A stretch of 64,000 nt of DNA from Deltaproteobacteria bacterium (GCA_011375175.1 DRME01000063.1:12182-76181); one strand, 5' to 3'. Numbered from the stretch's first letter, positions 1 through 10,900 are shown. Notes: generated by a model from the sequence alone, not told the origin. Translations and numbers: made by a program.

Positions 1-157
1 TGAGCTCCCGGTAGGTCTCGACCGTCTCCTCCATGGCCGCCCTCTCCCTGGCGTACTCGCTGTAGAGCTCCGTGCGGCCTATGACACCGGGGTCGGCGAG
101 CAGGCGTCCGAGCTCCTCGTAGCGCTTCTCTATGTCGCTGAGACGTTCGATGAACAT
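1..157 (-). CDS. prfA: Peptide chain release factor 1, N-terminal part (gene continues left of the window)
   Basis: The reverse-complement of 1–157 translates from an ATG at 157 to MFIERLSDIEKRYEELGRLLADPGVIGRTELYSEYARERAAMEETVETYREL. This matches the conserved RF1 N-terminus (MF..L..IE.RYEEL..LL.DP.V…ETYRE). Confidence 0.7.
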   Translation of the reverse strand, partial: MFIERLSDIEKRYEELGRLLADPGVIGRTELYSEYARERAAMEETVETYREL

Positions 158-229
158 TGTCGGATTGCGGGGAAAACCCCGATGGACTTTCCGGCGGGGT
201 TTCTGGGGACCGGGGTGAGCTCGGGTCGG

Positions 230-934
230 CTACGGGCGGTCTTCCCCCAGGGACCTGAATTTCCGTCTTATCTCGTCGGGCCTGCCGCAGCTCATGGCGC
301 CCTCGCTGCAGGGGCCGCGCACGCAGGCCGGGCCCGCGTCGGCGAAGACCGTGGGCGCCAGTTCCTTTACGAGGGAGAGCATGGCGGTCGCCATGCGCCG
401 GATCTCCCACTGGGCCCGCTCGCAGCAGCGCAGCCTGAAGAAGTGAAGCAGCTCGCGGGCGTTCATGGTGACTATGATCTTGGTGCAGGCCGCGTTGGGC
501 AGCAGGTATCGGGCGTCCTCGGCCGGCACCCCGGCGTCGACGAGCTCGCCGTAGAGGGAGTAGAGGGCTGTCACGGCCCCGTCAAAACGCCTTTTGAGAT
601 CGCTTCGGGAGGCTATGGAATCGGGCGTGACGTACTCCGCGTCGCCTCCGGCCCTCACGTAACGCTGGCTCTGCTGCGAGTAGGAGGCGAGCCTGTGACG
701 CACGAGCTGGTGGGACGTGGCCCTCGATATGCCTTCTATGCCGAAGGTGAAGCTCGCGTGCTCGAGGACCGAGTGGTGCCCCATGGCCACGATCCCCTCG
801 ATGAAGCGACCCGTCTCCTCCCCCGCGAGGCGCTCCTCCAGACCGCCGATGTCGCTGTCCGAATAGCAGAGCTTGGCGGCCAGCGCGATGGTCTTCTCCG
901 GGTCGGGAGTGGACTTGAGAAGCCTTACGTTCAT
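230..934 (-). CDS. thyX: Flavin-dependent thymidylate synthase ThyX
   Basis: 234-aa ORF with the ThyX signature RHR-x7-S (LVRHRLASYSQQSQRY), HHSVLEH and MNARELLHFF blocks. Confidence 0.85.
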   Translation of the reverse strand: MNVRLLKSTPDPEKTIALAAKLCYSDSDIGGLEERLAGEETGRFIEGIVAMGHHSVLEHASFTFGIEGISRATSHQLVRHRLASYSQQSQRYVRAGGDAEYVTPDSIASRSDLKRRFDGAVTALYSLYGELVDAGVPAEDARYLLPNAACTKIIVTMNARELLHFFRLRCCERAQWEIRRMATAMLSLVKELAPTVFADAGPACVRGPCSEGAMSCGRPDEIRRKFRSLGEDRP

Positions 935-949
935 GCCGGCCGCCCGGTG

Positions 950-1159
950 TTACGACTTGCGGTAGTCGCCGTACTTGCGCTTGAACTTCTCGACACGGCC
1001 GGCCGTGTCCACGAGCCTCTGTTTGCCCGTGTAGAAGGGGTGGCAGCTTGAGCATATCTCGACGGCGATGTCCTGCTTCGTAGACCTCGTTACGATCTCG
1101 GTGCCGCAGGCGCAGTGGATCTTCGTCTCCCTGTACTCGGGATGGATGCCTTCCTTCAT
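950..1159 (-). CDS. rpmE: 50S ribosomal protein L31
   Basis: 69 aa, MKEGIHPEY…[12 protein letters not shown]…, a typical L31 with the Cys-x-x-Cys zinc ribbon. Confidence 0.9.
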   Translation of the reverse strand: MKEGIHPEYRETKIHCACGTEIVTRSTKQDIAVEICSSCHPFYTGKQRLVDTAGRVEKFKRKYGDYRKS

Positions 1160-1177
1160 CTCCGTGAAACCTCCGTT

Positions 1178-1385
1178 GAAATTTAAGGAACTCTGATTTA
1201 TTGCACTGGGGGAAACTTTCTGTAGAAAGTTTCCCCCAGACCCCCTTCAAAGACTTTAAATACGAGTTGGTTTCCCCCTGTTTTGCCTGGCAAAACAGGG
1301 GGAAACCAACTCGCGTTAAAAGTTTTTGGAGGGAGTCTGAGGGAACCGTGGGTCTGTGACCCTTTTACAAAAAGGTTCCATCGGC
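1178..1385. repeat. Composite palindromic intergenic repeat (REP/MITE-like family), copy 1
   Basis: Nested perfect hairpins gggggaaactttctgtagaaagtttccccc, ggtttccccctgttttgcctggcaaaacagggggaaacc and gggaacc…ggttcc. Near-identical to 18414–18623 and related to 21273–21460, 53700–53880 and 63490–63888. Confidence 0.8.
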
Positions 1386-1466
1386 AAGTATTGAATAATA
1401 ACAAGCGCCGGAGGCGGTTGCAAGGATTTCTTTTGATCCGCCCCGGGTCCCCTTCGGCCTAAGTCC

Positions 1467-1496
1467 TTGACAAGGCCCGCCGCCGCCTGCTAATAT
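1467..1496 (+). promoter_or_regulatory. Putative sigma70-type promoter upstream of wzm
   Basis: TTGACA (1467–1472), then an 18-nt spacer, then TAATAT (1491–1496). It lies ~130 nt upstream of the wzm start. Confidence 0.4.
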
Positions 1497-1626
1497 TTCC
1501 CGATACATTCGGGCGGCGAAGGCCCTTAGGGGCGCCGCCGGTGTCTTTCGTCTGGACGGACCCCTTCTGCGCCGGCTCCGCGTCCGGCCGGCATATCTCC
1601 GGCGCAGGGAGACTACCGCTCACCTC

Positions 1627-2391
1627 ATGAAGATACGGCACACGATAGACCTCATTTTCGTCCTCACGCACAAGGAGATGAAGATACGCTACAAGAGCAG
1701 CGTCTTCGGCTATGTCTGGTCCATCGCCCAGCCCCTGGCCTTCGCCTTCGTCTTCTACGTGGCCTTCAAGATAGTGATGCGCATCGACATGGAGGACTAC
1801 GCCCTCTTCCTCATCGCCGGGCTCTTTCCGTGGCAGTGGTTCAACAACTCGGTCACGGCGGCGCCAATGGTCTTTCTCGGCAACGCATCCATAATAAAGA
1901 AGGTCAACTTTCCGCGCAATGTCACTATTCTTGCTACGGTTTTGCAGGACATGATACACTTTGTGCTCTCCATACCGGTGCTCGTTCTCTTCATCTATAT
2001 CTACGGGCACAGCCCGGCGTACCTGGCCTGGCTCTACGGGATACCGCTTCTGCTGGCCGTGCAGCTTCTCATGGTCTACGGCGTTGCCGTGCTCATCGCG
2101 TCGATAAACCTCTTCTTCCGCGACCTCGAGAGACTTACCATCATATTGATGACCTTCATGTTCTACTTTACGCCCGTGCTCTACTCGGTGGAGATGATCC
2201 CGCGGGAGTATCTCCACCTTGTGAACCTCAACCCTGTGGCCCCGCTCATGATAAGCTGGCGCGAGCTCATCCTCCACGGCGCCCTCGACCCGGCCTCGTT
2301 CTTCATAAGCCTCGGCTACGCCGTGCTCTTCTTCCTCATAGGCCACGGCGTCTACCGCAGCCTCGCCTGGAGATTCGCGGAGGTGCTGTGA
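1627..2391 (+). CDS. wzm: ABC-2 type polysaccharide/teichoic acid export permease (Wzm/TagG/KpsM family)
   Basis: 254 aa with six predicted TM segments. It has an ABC-2 membrane domain pattern (…FPWQWFNNSV…) and is followed by an overlapping ATPase gene. Confidence 0.8.
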   Translation: MKIRHTIDLIFVLTHKEMKIRYKSSVFGYVWSIAQPLAFAFVFYVAFKIVMRIDMEDYALFLIAGLFPWQWFNNSVTAAPMVFLGNASIIKKVNFPRNVTILATVLQDMIHFVLSIPVLVLFIYIYGHSPAYLAWLYGIPLLLAVQLLMVYGVAVLIASINLFFRDLERLTIILMTFMFYFTPVLYSVEMIPREYLHLVNLNPVAPLMISWRELILHGALDPASFFISLGYAVLFFLIGHGVYRSLAWRFAEVL

Positions 2392-3158
2392 GCGAGGCCG
2401 TAATCGTCTTCGACGACGTCTGCAAGAGCTATCCCCTTTACCACCACATCACGGGGGGGCTCAAGCGTTTCCTCTTCAGCCTGCCCTCCAGTCTTTCGCA
2501 GTTGAAGAAGACCCGCTACGAGGCGCTGCGCCACATAAGCTTCGAGGTGGCCCGCGGCGAGTCCTTCGGCATAATAGGGCGCAACGGAGCGGGCAAGAGC
2601 ACGACCCTGGGGCTCATAGCCGGCGTGCTCAGGCCGACGAGCGGCACGGTGACCGTAAGGCTTCGCACCTCCCCCATGCTCGAGCTCGGCGCGGGCTTCC
2701 ATCCCGAACTCACCGGCATCGAGAACATCGTGCTCAACGGGGTCCTCCTCGGGATGACCAGGGCGGCCGTCATGGAGAAGATGGAGGAGATAATCGAGTT
2801 CTCCGAGCTCGGCGAGTTCATCGACCAGCCCATACGGGTCTATTCCAGCGGCATGCTCGCAAAGCTCGGCTTCTCGGTCATAGCACACCTGGACCCGGAG
2901 ATACTCTTGATAGACGAGATACTGGCCGTGGGGGACGTGAACTTCCAGAAAAAGTGCATCGACAAGATGTCGCAGTTCAGGCAAAAGGGTGTTACAATGT
3001 TTTTCGTCTCCCACTCCATGGCCGACGTGGAGAAAATATGCGACCGCGTACTGTGGCTCGAAGAGCGGACCATGCGCATGATCGGCCCGGCCGGCGAAGT
3101 GACCCGCGCCTACACCGAGTACTTCAACGCAGGTGAAGATGAGAAGAAAGAGGCTTGA
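2388..3158 (+). CDS. wzt: ABC transporter ATP-binding protein (Wzt/TagH/KpsT family)
   Basis: GTG start overlaps the wzm stop. It has Walker A GRNGAGKST, an ABC signature YSSGM and Walker B LLIDEILAVGD. The first ~186 aa of the track ORF 1830–3158 is an out-of-frame overlap with wzm. Confidence 0.85.
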   Translation: MSEAVIVFDDVCKSYPLYHHITGGLKRFLFSLPSSLSQLKKTRYEALRHISFEVARGESFGIIGRNGAGKSTTLGLIAGVLRPTSGTVTVRLRTSPMLELGAGFHPELTGIENIVLNGVLLGMTRAAVMEKMEEIIEFSELGEFIDQPIRVYSSGMLAKLGFSVIAHLDPEILLIDEILAVGDVNFQKKCIDKMSQFRQKGVTMFFVSHSMADVEKICDRVLWLEERTMRMIGPAGEVTRAYTEYFNAGEDEKKEA

Positions 3159-5295
3159 CATCGGCATAGTCATACCGGAACTCGCCAAGTACGGGGGGGC
3201 CGAGCGTCTGCTCATCGAGTGCGTAAGGAGGTGGCAGACGTGCCACGACATCACCATCTACGCCACCAGGTTCGACCGCGACATCCTGCGCGAGCACGGC
3301 GTAAGGCGCAGCGTGGAGCTCGTGCGCATCTCGCCCTACTACGAGGGGCCCCACTCCATACTCCTCAACTGCGTGCTCTTGCCCAAGATATGGGAGCAGG
3401 AGATAGGCGTCCACGACATCTACCATACCCACCTGTGGTCGACCCATCTCCTCGACCTCCATCCCTCGGTCTGGTATCCCCACGAGCCGCTGCGCATACT
3501 CCACGACCTGCGCTACAACCAGTCCATGGAGGGGCTCGTCAACAACCTGGTGCGCAACATCCACATCTACCCCAAGTACAACTACGACAAGGTGACCGAC
3601 GTCCTCTTCGAGGCCTACCTCAACTCCATGGACGCCTACGACAAGCTCGGAAAGCCCGACAGGATAGTGGCCAACAGCCGCTACACGGCGTCGTACCTCG
3701 AGGAGGTCTACCAGAGGAAGGTCGACGACGTCGTGTATCCGGGCGTCAACGTCGACGACTTCATATACACGCCTCCCGAAGAGAACATCGTCCTCACCAT
3801 AGGCCAGCTCTGGCCCCACAAGAGGATAAGGCTCATCATAGAGGCCGTCAAGCACGTGGAGGACGTGCAGCTCTATGTCGTGGGCAACGGTCCCGACGCG
3901 GCGAAGCTGAAGAAGACGGCCCGCAGCCTCGGTGTCTCGGACCGGGTCTTCTTCCTTCACGGCCTTACGAACCTGGAGGTGCAGATACTCTTCTCGCGGT
4001 GCATGGCCGTCGTCTTCACGCCCATCAAGGAGCCCTTCGGCATAGTGCCGCTCGAGGCCATGGCCGCGGGCAAGCCCCTCATCGGTGTGAACGAGGGCGG
4101 CTTCACCGAGGTCGTGGACGACAGTTGCGCCTTTCTCGTGCCTCCGCAGCCGCTGGCCATAGCCGAGAGGATCCGATACCTGCGCGACAACAAGGACGTG
4201 GCCGCGAAGATGGGCCTTGCGGGGCTTGAGAAGGTCAGGGCCTACAACTGGGACCGCACGGCCGAGGAGCTCATCGCCATAATAGAGGACACCCATGCCC
4301 GGTGGGAGAAGAGCCACAGGAAGCGGGCCTCCCGCAGGGGAGGAGACCGGACGCTCTTCGGCGCCCAGTACTACTGCTGGTACGGCGACGGCGTGGGGTC
4401 GGCCCACTGGAACGACAATCTCCAGTTCGGGGGGGTGACGGACATGCCCGAACTGGGCTACTACGCCTCGTCCCACGGCACCGTCATAGAAGAGCACCTG
4501 AGGACCCTCGAGGCAGCGGGCCTGGACTTCCTCATCCTCAACCTCCACCTCGACTCCGACGGCGTCAACGCATACGAGCTCGCCGTCATCGAAAACATCT
4601 TCAGCGTGGCCGAAGAGATCGGCTCGAAGCTGCGCCTGGCCGTGCAGCTCTGTTTCTACGACGCCAGGAAAAAGGACGCCGTGACGGTCCTCAAGCTCAT
4701 CGGCAAGGTGCTCTCCCGCAGGGAGCACTACCTGCGCATGAGCGGCAAGCCCGTGCTCTTCTTCTTCTGGACGGGCGTGCTCGACGGCAACAAGTCCTTC
4801 ATCTCCACGGTGGACGAGTACACGGAAGGGTTCATCCGCGTGGCCACATCCCTGCGGATGTATTCGAGGAAGACGGAGCACAAGAAGACCTTCGGCCTCT
4901 TCGACGGCTTTACGCTCTTTTCGCCCCTTGAGATGTGCGCGCCCGAGAAGTGGACGAAGCTGTGGCAGGAGGCCTACGACAACTGCGACGCCGGGGCCAT
5001 GGGACTTCAGATCATCACCGTCTCTCCAGGCTACGACGATTCGCACCTCAAGGACCCCCAGCGCCAGGGCAACATCTACAGGACCGTGGACCGCGACGGC
5101 GGGGCGACCTACCGGAAGATGCTCGACTTCACGCTCTCGCAGCAGAGGCGTCCCCACATGGTGGTGGTCTCCACCTTCAACGAGTACCATGAGAACACGC
5201 ATATCGAGGCGAGCGTGAACAACGGCTCCAGGTACATGGACATGACCAGGGCATTCATTTCCCAGGGAAGGAAACGATGGAGAAAAAGTCGATAA
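3133..5295 (+). CDS. Bifunctional glycosyltransferase: N-terminal GT4 (group-1) domain plus C-terminal GH99/WbsX-like domain
   Basis: N-terminal ~390 aa has the GT4 C-domain motifs (…FTPIKEPFGIVPLEAMAAGKPLIG…). The C-terminal ~330 aa has a GH99-like signature (YYCWYGDG…HWN…GYYASSHGTVIEEHLRTLEAAGLDF…FNEYHE). It is paralogous to 13415–15557. Confidence 0.7.
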   Translation: MKMRRKRLDIGIVIPELAKYGGAERLLIECVRRWQTCHDITIYATRFDRDILREHGVRRSVELVRISPYYEGPHSILLNCVLLPKIWEQEIGVHDIYHTHLWSTHLLDLHPSVWYPHEPLRILHDLRYNQSMEGLVNNLVRNIHIYPKYNYDKVTDVLFEAYLNSMDAYDKLGKPDRIVANSRYTASYLEEVYQRKVDDVVYPGVNVDDFIYTPPEENIVLTIGQLWPHKRIRLIIEAVKHVEDVQLYVVGNGPDAAKLKKTARSLGVSDRVFFLHGLTNLEVQILFSRCMAVVFTPIKEPFGIVPLEAMAAGKPLIGVNEGGFTEVVDDSCAFLVPPQPLAIAERIRYLRDNKDVAAKMGLAGLEKVRAYNWDRTAEELIAIIEDTHARWEKSHRKRASRRGGDRTLFGAQYYCWYGDGVGSAHWNDNLQFGGVTDMPELGYYASSHGTVIEEHLRTLEAAGLDFLILNLHLDSDGVNAYELAVIENIFSVAEEIGSKLRLAVQLCFYDARKKDAVTVLKLIGKVLSRREHYLRMSGKPVLFFFWTGVLDGNKSFISTVDEYTEGFIRVATSLRMYSRKTEHKKTFGLFDGFTLFSPLEMCAPEKWTKLWQEAYDNCDAGAMGLQIITVSPGYDDSHLKDPQRQGNIYRTVDRDGGATYRKMLDFTLSQQRRPHMVVVSTFNEYHENTHIEASVNNGSRYMDMTRAFISQGRKRWRKSR

Positions 5296-7001
5296 GGGGC
5301 CGCGGCGGGCCCGCACCGCTCTTTGCCAGGGTCGACAGGGAGAGGCTCGACCTGTCGAGGGCCAAGAGCGCTTCGTTCAATATCTCCTTTCCGGCGGCGG
5401 CGTCGGCGGTGGGCTGCGACGAGTACTTCGTGGTCGTCGACGTCTACTCGGCCCACAGCCACGTTCACCCCGAAGGACACGTAGGCTGGTGGCGCTACGA
5501 CCTCGGCGGCTGGGACGACATAAACGTCAAGGTCTCGCGGGCGGGGCGGCGGCTTTCCGTCTCTTTCAAGGGCTCCGGCAGGAGCGTGGACCAGTGGATA
5601 AACGACGACTGTCCCCGCGCCGGCGACGACGTGCTCGCCGTATCCGTCGTCATCCGCAGCAGCGAAACGGACGCCATCGAGTTCGAGGACAGGATATTCC
5701 TATATACCGACAGGGCGGCGCTCAGGCGCTCCGAGCAGTTGAGGCGCGAGGCCGCGGCCGTACCCGCCTCAATAAAAAGGCTGCCGGCGCGGTGGTTCTG
5801 CTGGCCCAGGGACGTGAAGGTCCATATCGTCGCCTGCAACATAAGGAGCCTCGACGCCGTCGGCAACTTCACCTTCGACCTCTACCGCTTCTTCAGCAGC
5901 CAGGGCATAGGGTGCCGCATATACGCCCAGTCCTTCGACCCCGCGCTGCGCGGCCTCATAAGCCACGTCTGCGAGCTCCTCTACAGCGCCGGCGAGCGGG
6001 ACCTGGTGATATTCAACTTCTCCATATACGACGAGTACCTGCGCGCCATAGCCGCTCTGCCGTGCCGCAAGATCGTCTACTACCACAACATCACGCCGCC
6101 TTCCATGTTCCAGATATACGACGCCGAGTACGCCCAGTACTGCTCGAAGGCTTACGGCCAGTTCAGGATATTGAAGGACTTCGACGTGGTAATGGTCAAC
6201 TCGCTGATGTCGAAACGGGAGTTCCTCGAGCTCGTGGAGCGCGAGCCCGACGAGAGCGAAGCGTCCGGCGAGGCCGAAGGGTTCGAGGACGCCGATGGGC
6301 AAGACGACCCGGCAGGGACGCCGGCCGGGGGCAGCCGTGACGGCGCCCCGCCCGTGCTCGTCGCCCCGCCCTTCCTCGCCGGACCGCGCAAGTGGGAGAC
6401 GGTGGAAGAGGAAGATGTGGAGATACCGCAGGCCTCGGAACTCCTGCTCTACGTGGGCAGGATAGCGCCCCACAAGAAGATCGAGGACCTGCTCCATCTC
6501 TACGACGAGTACAGGCGGCTCAGCCGCGCATCGAGGCTCCTCATCGTGGGCGCGGCCAGCTTCAAGGGCTACGGCAACTACATAAACTACCTCCTCGAAA
6601 AGGAGTTCCCGAGGATAAAGGAGAGGATACACATCTACAACGACGTGAGCGACGGCCAGCTCAAGCGTCTCTACTCGGCCGCCACGGCCTACGTCTCCAT
6701 GAGCGAGCACGAGGGATACTGCATCCCCGTGGTCGAGGCCATGGCCTTCGGAAAGCCTGTCTTCGCCTACGCCCAGGAGGCGGTACGCGAGACGCTGGGG
6801 GGCACGGGCAGGGTCTTCCATGAGAAGGACTTTCCCGCCATAGCCCGGGACATACACGGCGTGCTGACAGACGGCTCCGAGCTTGAGAAGATGCTGGCGG
6901 CCCAGGGGCGGAGGCTTGCAAGGATAGAGCGGGAAGCAGACGGCACGACGCTGTGGCGCGCCGTGGAGGCGGCTCTCTTCGGCCATGCGGGTGATCTTTA
7001 A
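5277..7001 (+). CDS. Glycosyltransferase, GT4-like C-terminal domain with a ~370-aa N-terminal region of unknown function
   Basis: C-terminus has …LYVGRIAPHKKIEDLL…EHEGYCIPVVEAMAFGKPVFAY…, the GT-B C-domain EX7E motif. The N-terminal half has no recognisable motif. It overlaps the upstream gene by 19 nt. Confidence 0.65.
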   Translation: MEKKSIRGRGGPAPLFARVDRERLDLSRAKSASFNISFPAAASAVGCDEYFVVVDVYSAHSHVHPEGHVGWWRYDLGGWDDINVKVSRAGRRLSVSFKGSGRSVDQWINDDCPRAGDDVLAVSVVIRSSETDAIEFEDRIFLYTDRAALRRSEQLRREAAAVPASIKRLPARWFCWPRDVKVHIVACNIRSLDAVGNFTFDLYRFFSSQGIGCRIYAQSFDPALRGLISHVCELLYSAGERDLVIFNFSIYDEYLRAIAALPCRKIVYYHNITPPSMFQIYDAEYAQYCSKAYGQFRILKDFDVVMVNSLMSKREFLELVEREPDESEASGEAEGFEDADGQDDPAGTPAGGSRDGAPPVLVAPPFLAGPRKWETVEEEDVEIPQASELLLYVGRIAPHKKIEDLLHLYDEYRRLSRASRLLIVGAASFKGYGNYINYLLEKEFPRIKERIHIYNDVSDGQLKRLYSAATAYVSMSEHEGYCIPVVEAMAFGKPVFAYAQEAVRETLGGTGRVFHEKDFPAIARDIHGVLTDGSELEKMLAAQGRRLARIEREADGTTLWRAVEAALFGHAGDL

Positions 7002-7995
7002 CACCTACCCCGTCGCCTTCGACTGTCCCGGCGGCGGAGAGATACAGCTCTGCAGCACGAGGAGCGCCGTCGAGGCCGCGGGGGTGGAGGTGCTGCTCTA
7101 CGACCAGTGGCGTCCCCGCCTCGACGACGCCGACCTGGTCCACTATTTCTCGGTCCAGGGCGGCTCCATGAACTTCTGCTCCCATGTGAAGCGCCGCGGG
7201 CTGCCTCTTGTCATCTCCCCCATCATATGGCTCGGCCGCGACAGGGACTCCTATCCCCTCGGCGAGATAAGGGACCTGCTCCACCTTGCGGACATGATCC
7301 TCCCGAACTCGGCGGCCGAGGCCGGGCTCCTGAGGGAGTTCTTTTCCCTGCCCGAGGAGAAGTTCACCGTAACGCACAACGGCGTTGACCGCTCCTTTGC
7401 CGCAGAGGTTGCGCCCGCGCTCTTCAGGGAGCGTTTCGGCATCGAAGGCCCCTTCGTCTTCAACGCAGCCAACGTGGAGCCCCGAAAAAACCAGCTCTCG
7501 CTGGTAAGGGCGCTCAAGGGCACGGGCATGAGGCTCGTAATCGCCGGGGGGGTGCGTGACCGCGCCTACTTCGAGGCATGCATGGCCGAGGGCGGGGGGT
7601 TCACCGCCTACGTGGGCCGCATCGCCCACGAAGACGACCTGCTCAAGAGCGCCTACGGGGGCTGCGAGCTCTTCGTGCTGCCGAGCCTCCTGGAGACGCC
7701 GGGGCTGTCGGCGCTCGAGGCGGCCGCCGCAGGGGCGAGGCTCGTTGTGACGGCCGTGGGGAGCGCAAGGGAGTACTTCGGCGACGAGGCCGTCTACGTG
7801 GACCCCTATGACGTGGACGATATAAGAAGAGGGATCGGGGAGGGGCTGGCGAGGGAGCGCGGCGGCGCTCTCAGGCGTCTCGTGACGGAGCGCTACACCT
7901 GGGAGAATACGGCCGCCGAGGTCGTCTCGGCCTATGAGGCCGTGCTGGGGCGCCGCCGCGAAGCGGGCGGCGGGGCTGGTGAGGCGGCGTGCTGA
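6985..7995 (+). CDS. Glycosyltransferase family 4 (group 1)
   Basis: 336 aa. It has …FVLPSLLETPGLSALEAAAAGARLVVT… and the GT4 architecture. Confidence 0.75.
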   Translation: MRVIFNTYPVAFDCPGGGEIQLCSTRSAVEAAGVEVLLYDQWRPRLDDADLVHYFSVQGGSMNFCSHVKRRGLPLVISPIIWLGRDRDSYPLGEIRDLLHLADMILPNSAAEAGLLREFFSLPEEKFTVTHNGVDRSFAAEVAPALFRERFGIEGPFVFNAANVEPRKNQLSLVRALKGTGMRLVIAGGVRDRAYFEACMAEGGGFTAYVGRIAHEDDLLKSAYGGCELFVLPSLLETPGLSALEAAAAGARLVVTAVGSAREYFGDEAVYVDPYDVDDIRRGIGEGLARERGGALRRLVTERYTWENTAAEVVSAYEAVLGRRREAGGGAGEAAC

Positions 7996-10900
7996 GGGAG
8001 TTCGTCGGTCCATATCTCGTCTATCCCCTCACCGAGCGCATCGAGGGCAGGCGCATCCGCCCGAAGCTCAGGGTGCTCGAGAGGGAGTGGGCGCTTCCCT
8101 TCGAGCAGAGGCTTGCGCTCCGGCGCCGGGCCCTCGGCAGGATCCTCGAGCTTGCGGGCCGCACGGTCCCCTACTACCGGGACCTCTTCAGGGCCAGGGG
8201 GTTCGACCCCTCGAAGGTCGAGAAGGACCCGGCCCGGCTCGAGGAGCTCCCGTACCTCACAAAGGAGATAATAGCCGAGCAGGGGGAGAGGCTCATAAGC
8301 GGGAACCACCGGCGTGAGGACCTCCACGAACGCAGGACCGGCGGCTCCACCGGCGCTTCCACAGTCGTCTACTATTCGCAGGAGGCGCTGGACTGGACGG
8401 CGGCGGCCAACCTCTTCGTGCTGCGCTGGACGGGCAGGGCCCCCCACATGCGCGAGGCCCGCCTGTCGAGCCGTTTTCCCGAGACCTTTCCCCTGCGGGA
8501 CAGGGTGAGGGAGTGGATAAAGTGCCTGGCGCTCAACAGGGTGAACATAACGACCGACTCCTTTGACGACGACGCCATGGCGCGGCTCTGGGAGGAGCTC
8601 AGGGCGGCGAGGCCCTACCTCGTGCAGGGCCATCCGTCGACCTTCTACGCCCTTGCCCGCTACCTCGAGAGGGAGGGGATCGAGGGCGGGGGGGTGCTGG
8701 AGGTCTTCGAGTCCACCGGCGAAGTCCTTGACAGGAGGAAACGGCAGGCTATAGAATCGATCCTCGGCTGCCGCGTCTTCGACCGCTACGGCGACGCCGA
8801 GTTCGGTGTCGTGGCCTACGAGACGGGCGGCGGCCGGGGACTGAAGGTGCTCGACGCCATGGTCTGGCCCGAGACGGCGCCCGTGGAAGGGGGACGCCCC
8901 GGCAAGGACGCGCCGGGGGAAGAGCCGGGGGAAGAGATCGTCCTTACGGGCCTCACGAACGACGCCATGCCCCTTGTGAGGTATCGCACGGGGGACCTCG
9001 GCATACTCGAAGAGCGCGGGGACGGCTTCTATCTCGACTCCATAGCGGGCCGTGTGCACGACAGGGTGAGGATCGGCGCCAAAAGCTACCCGACCCACTA
9101 CATACAGGACGTGCTCGACAGGCTCGGGCGGATCCACGACTTCCAGATCGAGCTCTGCGACGGCGGGGCGCCCCTTCTGCGGCTCGTGGTGCCCGACGAG
9201 GCGGCGAGACCGGCCATAGAGGAGCGCATCAGGAAGTGGTGGGGAAGGGCCGTGGAGATCGAGTTCTGCGACTTCGCGGGACTCAGGCGGGTGGGCTGGC
9301 GCGGCAAGTTCAGGTACGTGGTCGGCGGCGGGGCGGACGCAGCCTCCCCGCCTTGTCAAGGGGAAGAGGGTATCATGAGGCAAGAGGCAGCGATTGAAAC
9401 GGACGCCCCGGAAGGGGGTGCAGGCTCCGGCCGCGGGCGGCGGCCCCTGTCCGTCTCCCACTCAAGCGGCTGGTACGCCCCTGAAAACGACGGCGTTCGG
9501 GAGTTCCGCTGGTCTTCTCTCGACGCCACCTTCACCATCGACCGGCTGCCGGCTCCCCGGCCTCCCTTCCTGATGATCTACGCCGGCTCGCCGCCGACAG
9601 GCTCCCGCCGAAGGCTCACCCTCTCTGGCGAGGGCGGAGAGGCCTCGCTCGAGGTGAAGCCTGGCTGGCGCTGGTACGTCTTCCCCCTCGACGGCACCAT
9701 CGGGGCCGGCAGGAAGGGGCGCATCGCCGTGGACGTCCCCTTCAGGGCGCCGGGCGACGACAGGACCCTGGGCCTGATGGTCTCGCGCATCGAGTGGTGC
9801 GACGACTTCCACATGCTCTTTGTAAACGACGAGATATCATCGGCCGTAAGACCGGACGTGGAGCTCGTCGAGGGATGGCACGGGCTCGAGGACAGCGGCG
9901 AGAGGCCTTTCCGCTGGTGCGCCGCCGAGGCGACCGTGAGGATAAACCGTCCGCTCGATGGCTGCAAGCCTTTCGTCGTGGTGCGCGCCGGTCTTCCCGA
10001 AGGGTCGGCGCCGAGGCGTATGAGCTTCAGGGGGCGGGCCGGAGAGATGTCCTTCCAGTGCCGGCCGGGCTGGCGCTACTATATCTTTCCCCTGCGGGAT
10101 GTCATGGGCGGCGACAACCTCGTGACCCTGACGGTCGACGGCGCGCAGGTCGACGGGGCCGACGGGCGCACCCTCGGCGTGATGGTGAGCTCCGTGGAGC
10201 TCGCTTCGAGTTACGGCATGCTCCACGTAAACGACGAGGCCTCGGCCGCCGGGCCGCCGGAGGTGGAGCTCCTCGACGGCTGGCGCGCGCTCGAAGAGAC
10301 CGGCCCGTTCCGCTTCCGCTGGTGCGCCGCCGAGGCGACGGGCCGCATAAACGGCCGGTCCGGCGGGGAGGGAGGGCGTCTCGTCGTGCGCTGCGCGCTT
10401 CCCCGTGGAGCCGCTTCGGCCCGCCTCGTCCTCTCCGGCGCCCGCGGGAGCCGCGGTGCGGAACTTCTCGACGGCTGGCGCTTCTATTCCTTCCCCCTCA
10501 AAGAGACGGTGGGAGACGACGGCCGCTTCACCCTCACTGTCGATGGCGGCTGCGTCGTCGGAGACGACGGCGCAAGGCTCGGCGTCATGGTCAGCTCCGT
10601 CGAGCTCGCCGACGATGGGGCCATGGAGGTCTACGACGAGCGCAGGGAGTTCAAAGACGCCGTCCTCTACGAGCTGCGAACGGAAGAGGGGGTTAAGGGG
10701 GCCGTAACCGTCGGCGGCGCGCCGGGCGGAGGGAAGAAGGTCTACCTCGACGTCACCTACGTGGCCGACCCGAGGCGGGGGGGACGCGCGGCCTTCAAGG
10801 CCGGGGGCTTCCACTGCTCGCCGAGGGTGCTCGGCGGGGGGCTGCGCTCCTTTTCCATCGAGGTGCCCGGCGCCGCGCTCGCCGAAGACCGCGCGCTGGC

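Noticed and set aside
582-1250. ORFs beginning [15 protein letters not shown]… (582–1250 minus, 17747–18481 minus, 21394–22008 plus) that look like a conserved protein family
   Set aside because: The shared N-terminus is the translation of the palindromic repeat element present at each site. The remainder runs antisense through real genes (thyX/rpmE, a GT4, the methyltransferase). They are repeat-derived artefacts, not genes.
1178-1385. Palindromic repeat clusters as CRISPR arrays or tRNA/ncRNA genes
   Set aside because: There is no regular repeat–spacer periodicity. The units are nested hairpins, not cloverleaf structures. They fit a REP/BIME/MITE-like element better. I cannot exclude that they are transcribed as sRNAs.
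1830-3158. 442-aa ORF suggesting a large N-terminal extension of the ABC ATPase
   Set aside because: The first ~186 aa overlap wzm in a different frame and are low complexity. The conserved ATPase begins at the GTG at 2388, which overlaps the wzm stop. The N-terminal extensions of track ORFs 11765–13405, 19710–21272, 41674–43629 and 17000–18301 were trimmed the same way.
3124-5316. Very long antisense ORFs (e.g. 3124–5316 minus 730 aa, 9837–11924 minus 695 aa, 18488–19738 minus, 19785–21344 minus, 28436–30253 minus, 31324–32541 minus, 44937–46556 minus)
   Set aside because: These are typical high-GC stop-codon-poor antisense frames. Their products are low-complexity, rich in R/G/A/P, have no motifs, and fully overlap well-supported sense genes.
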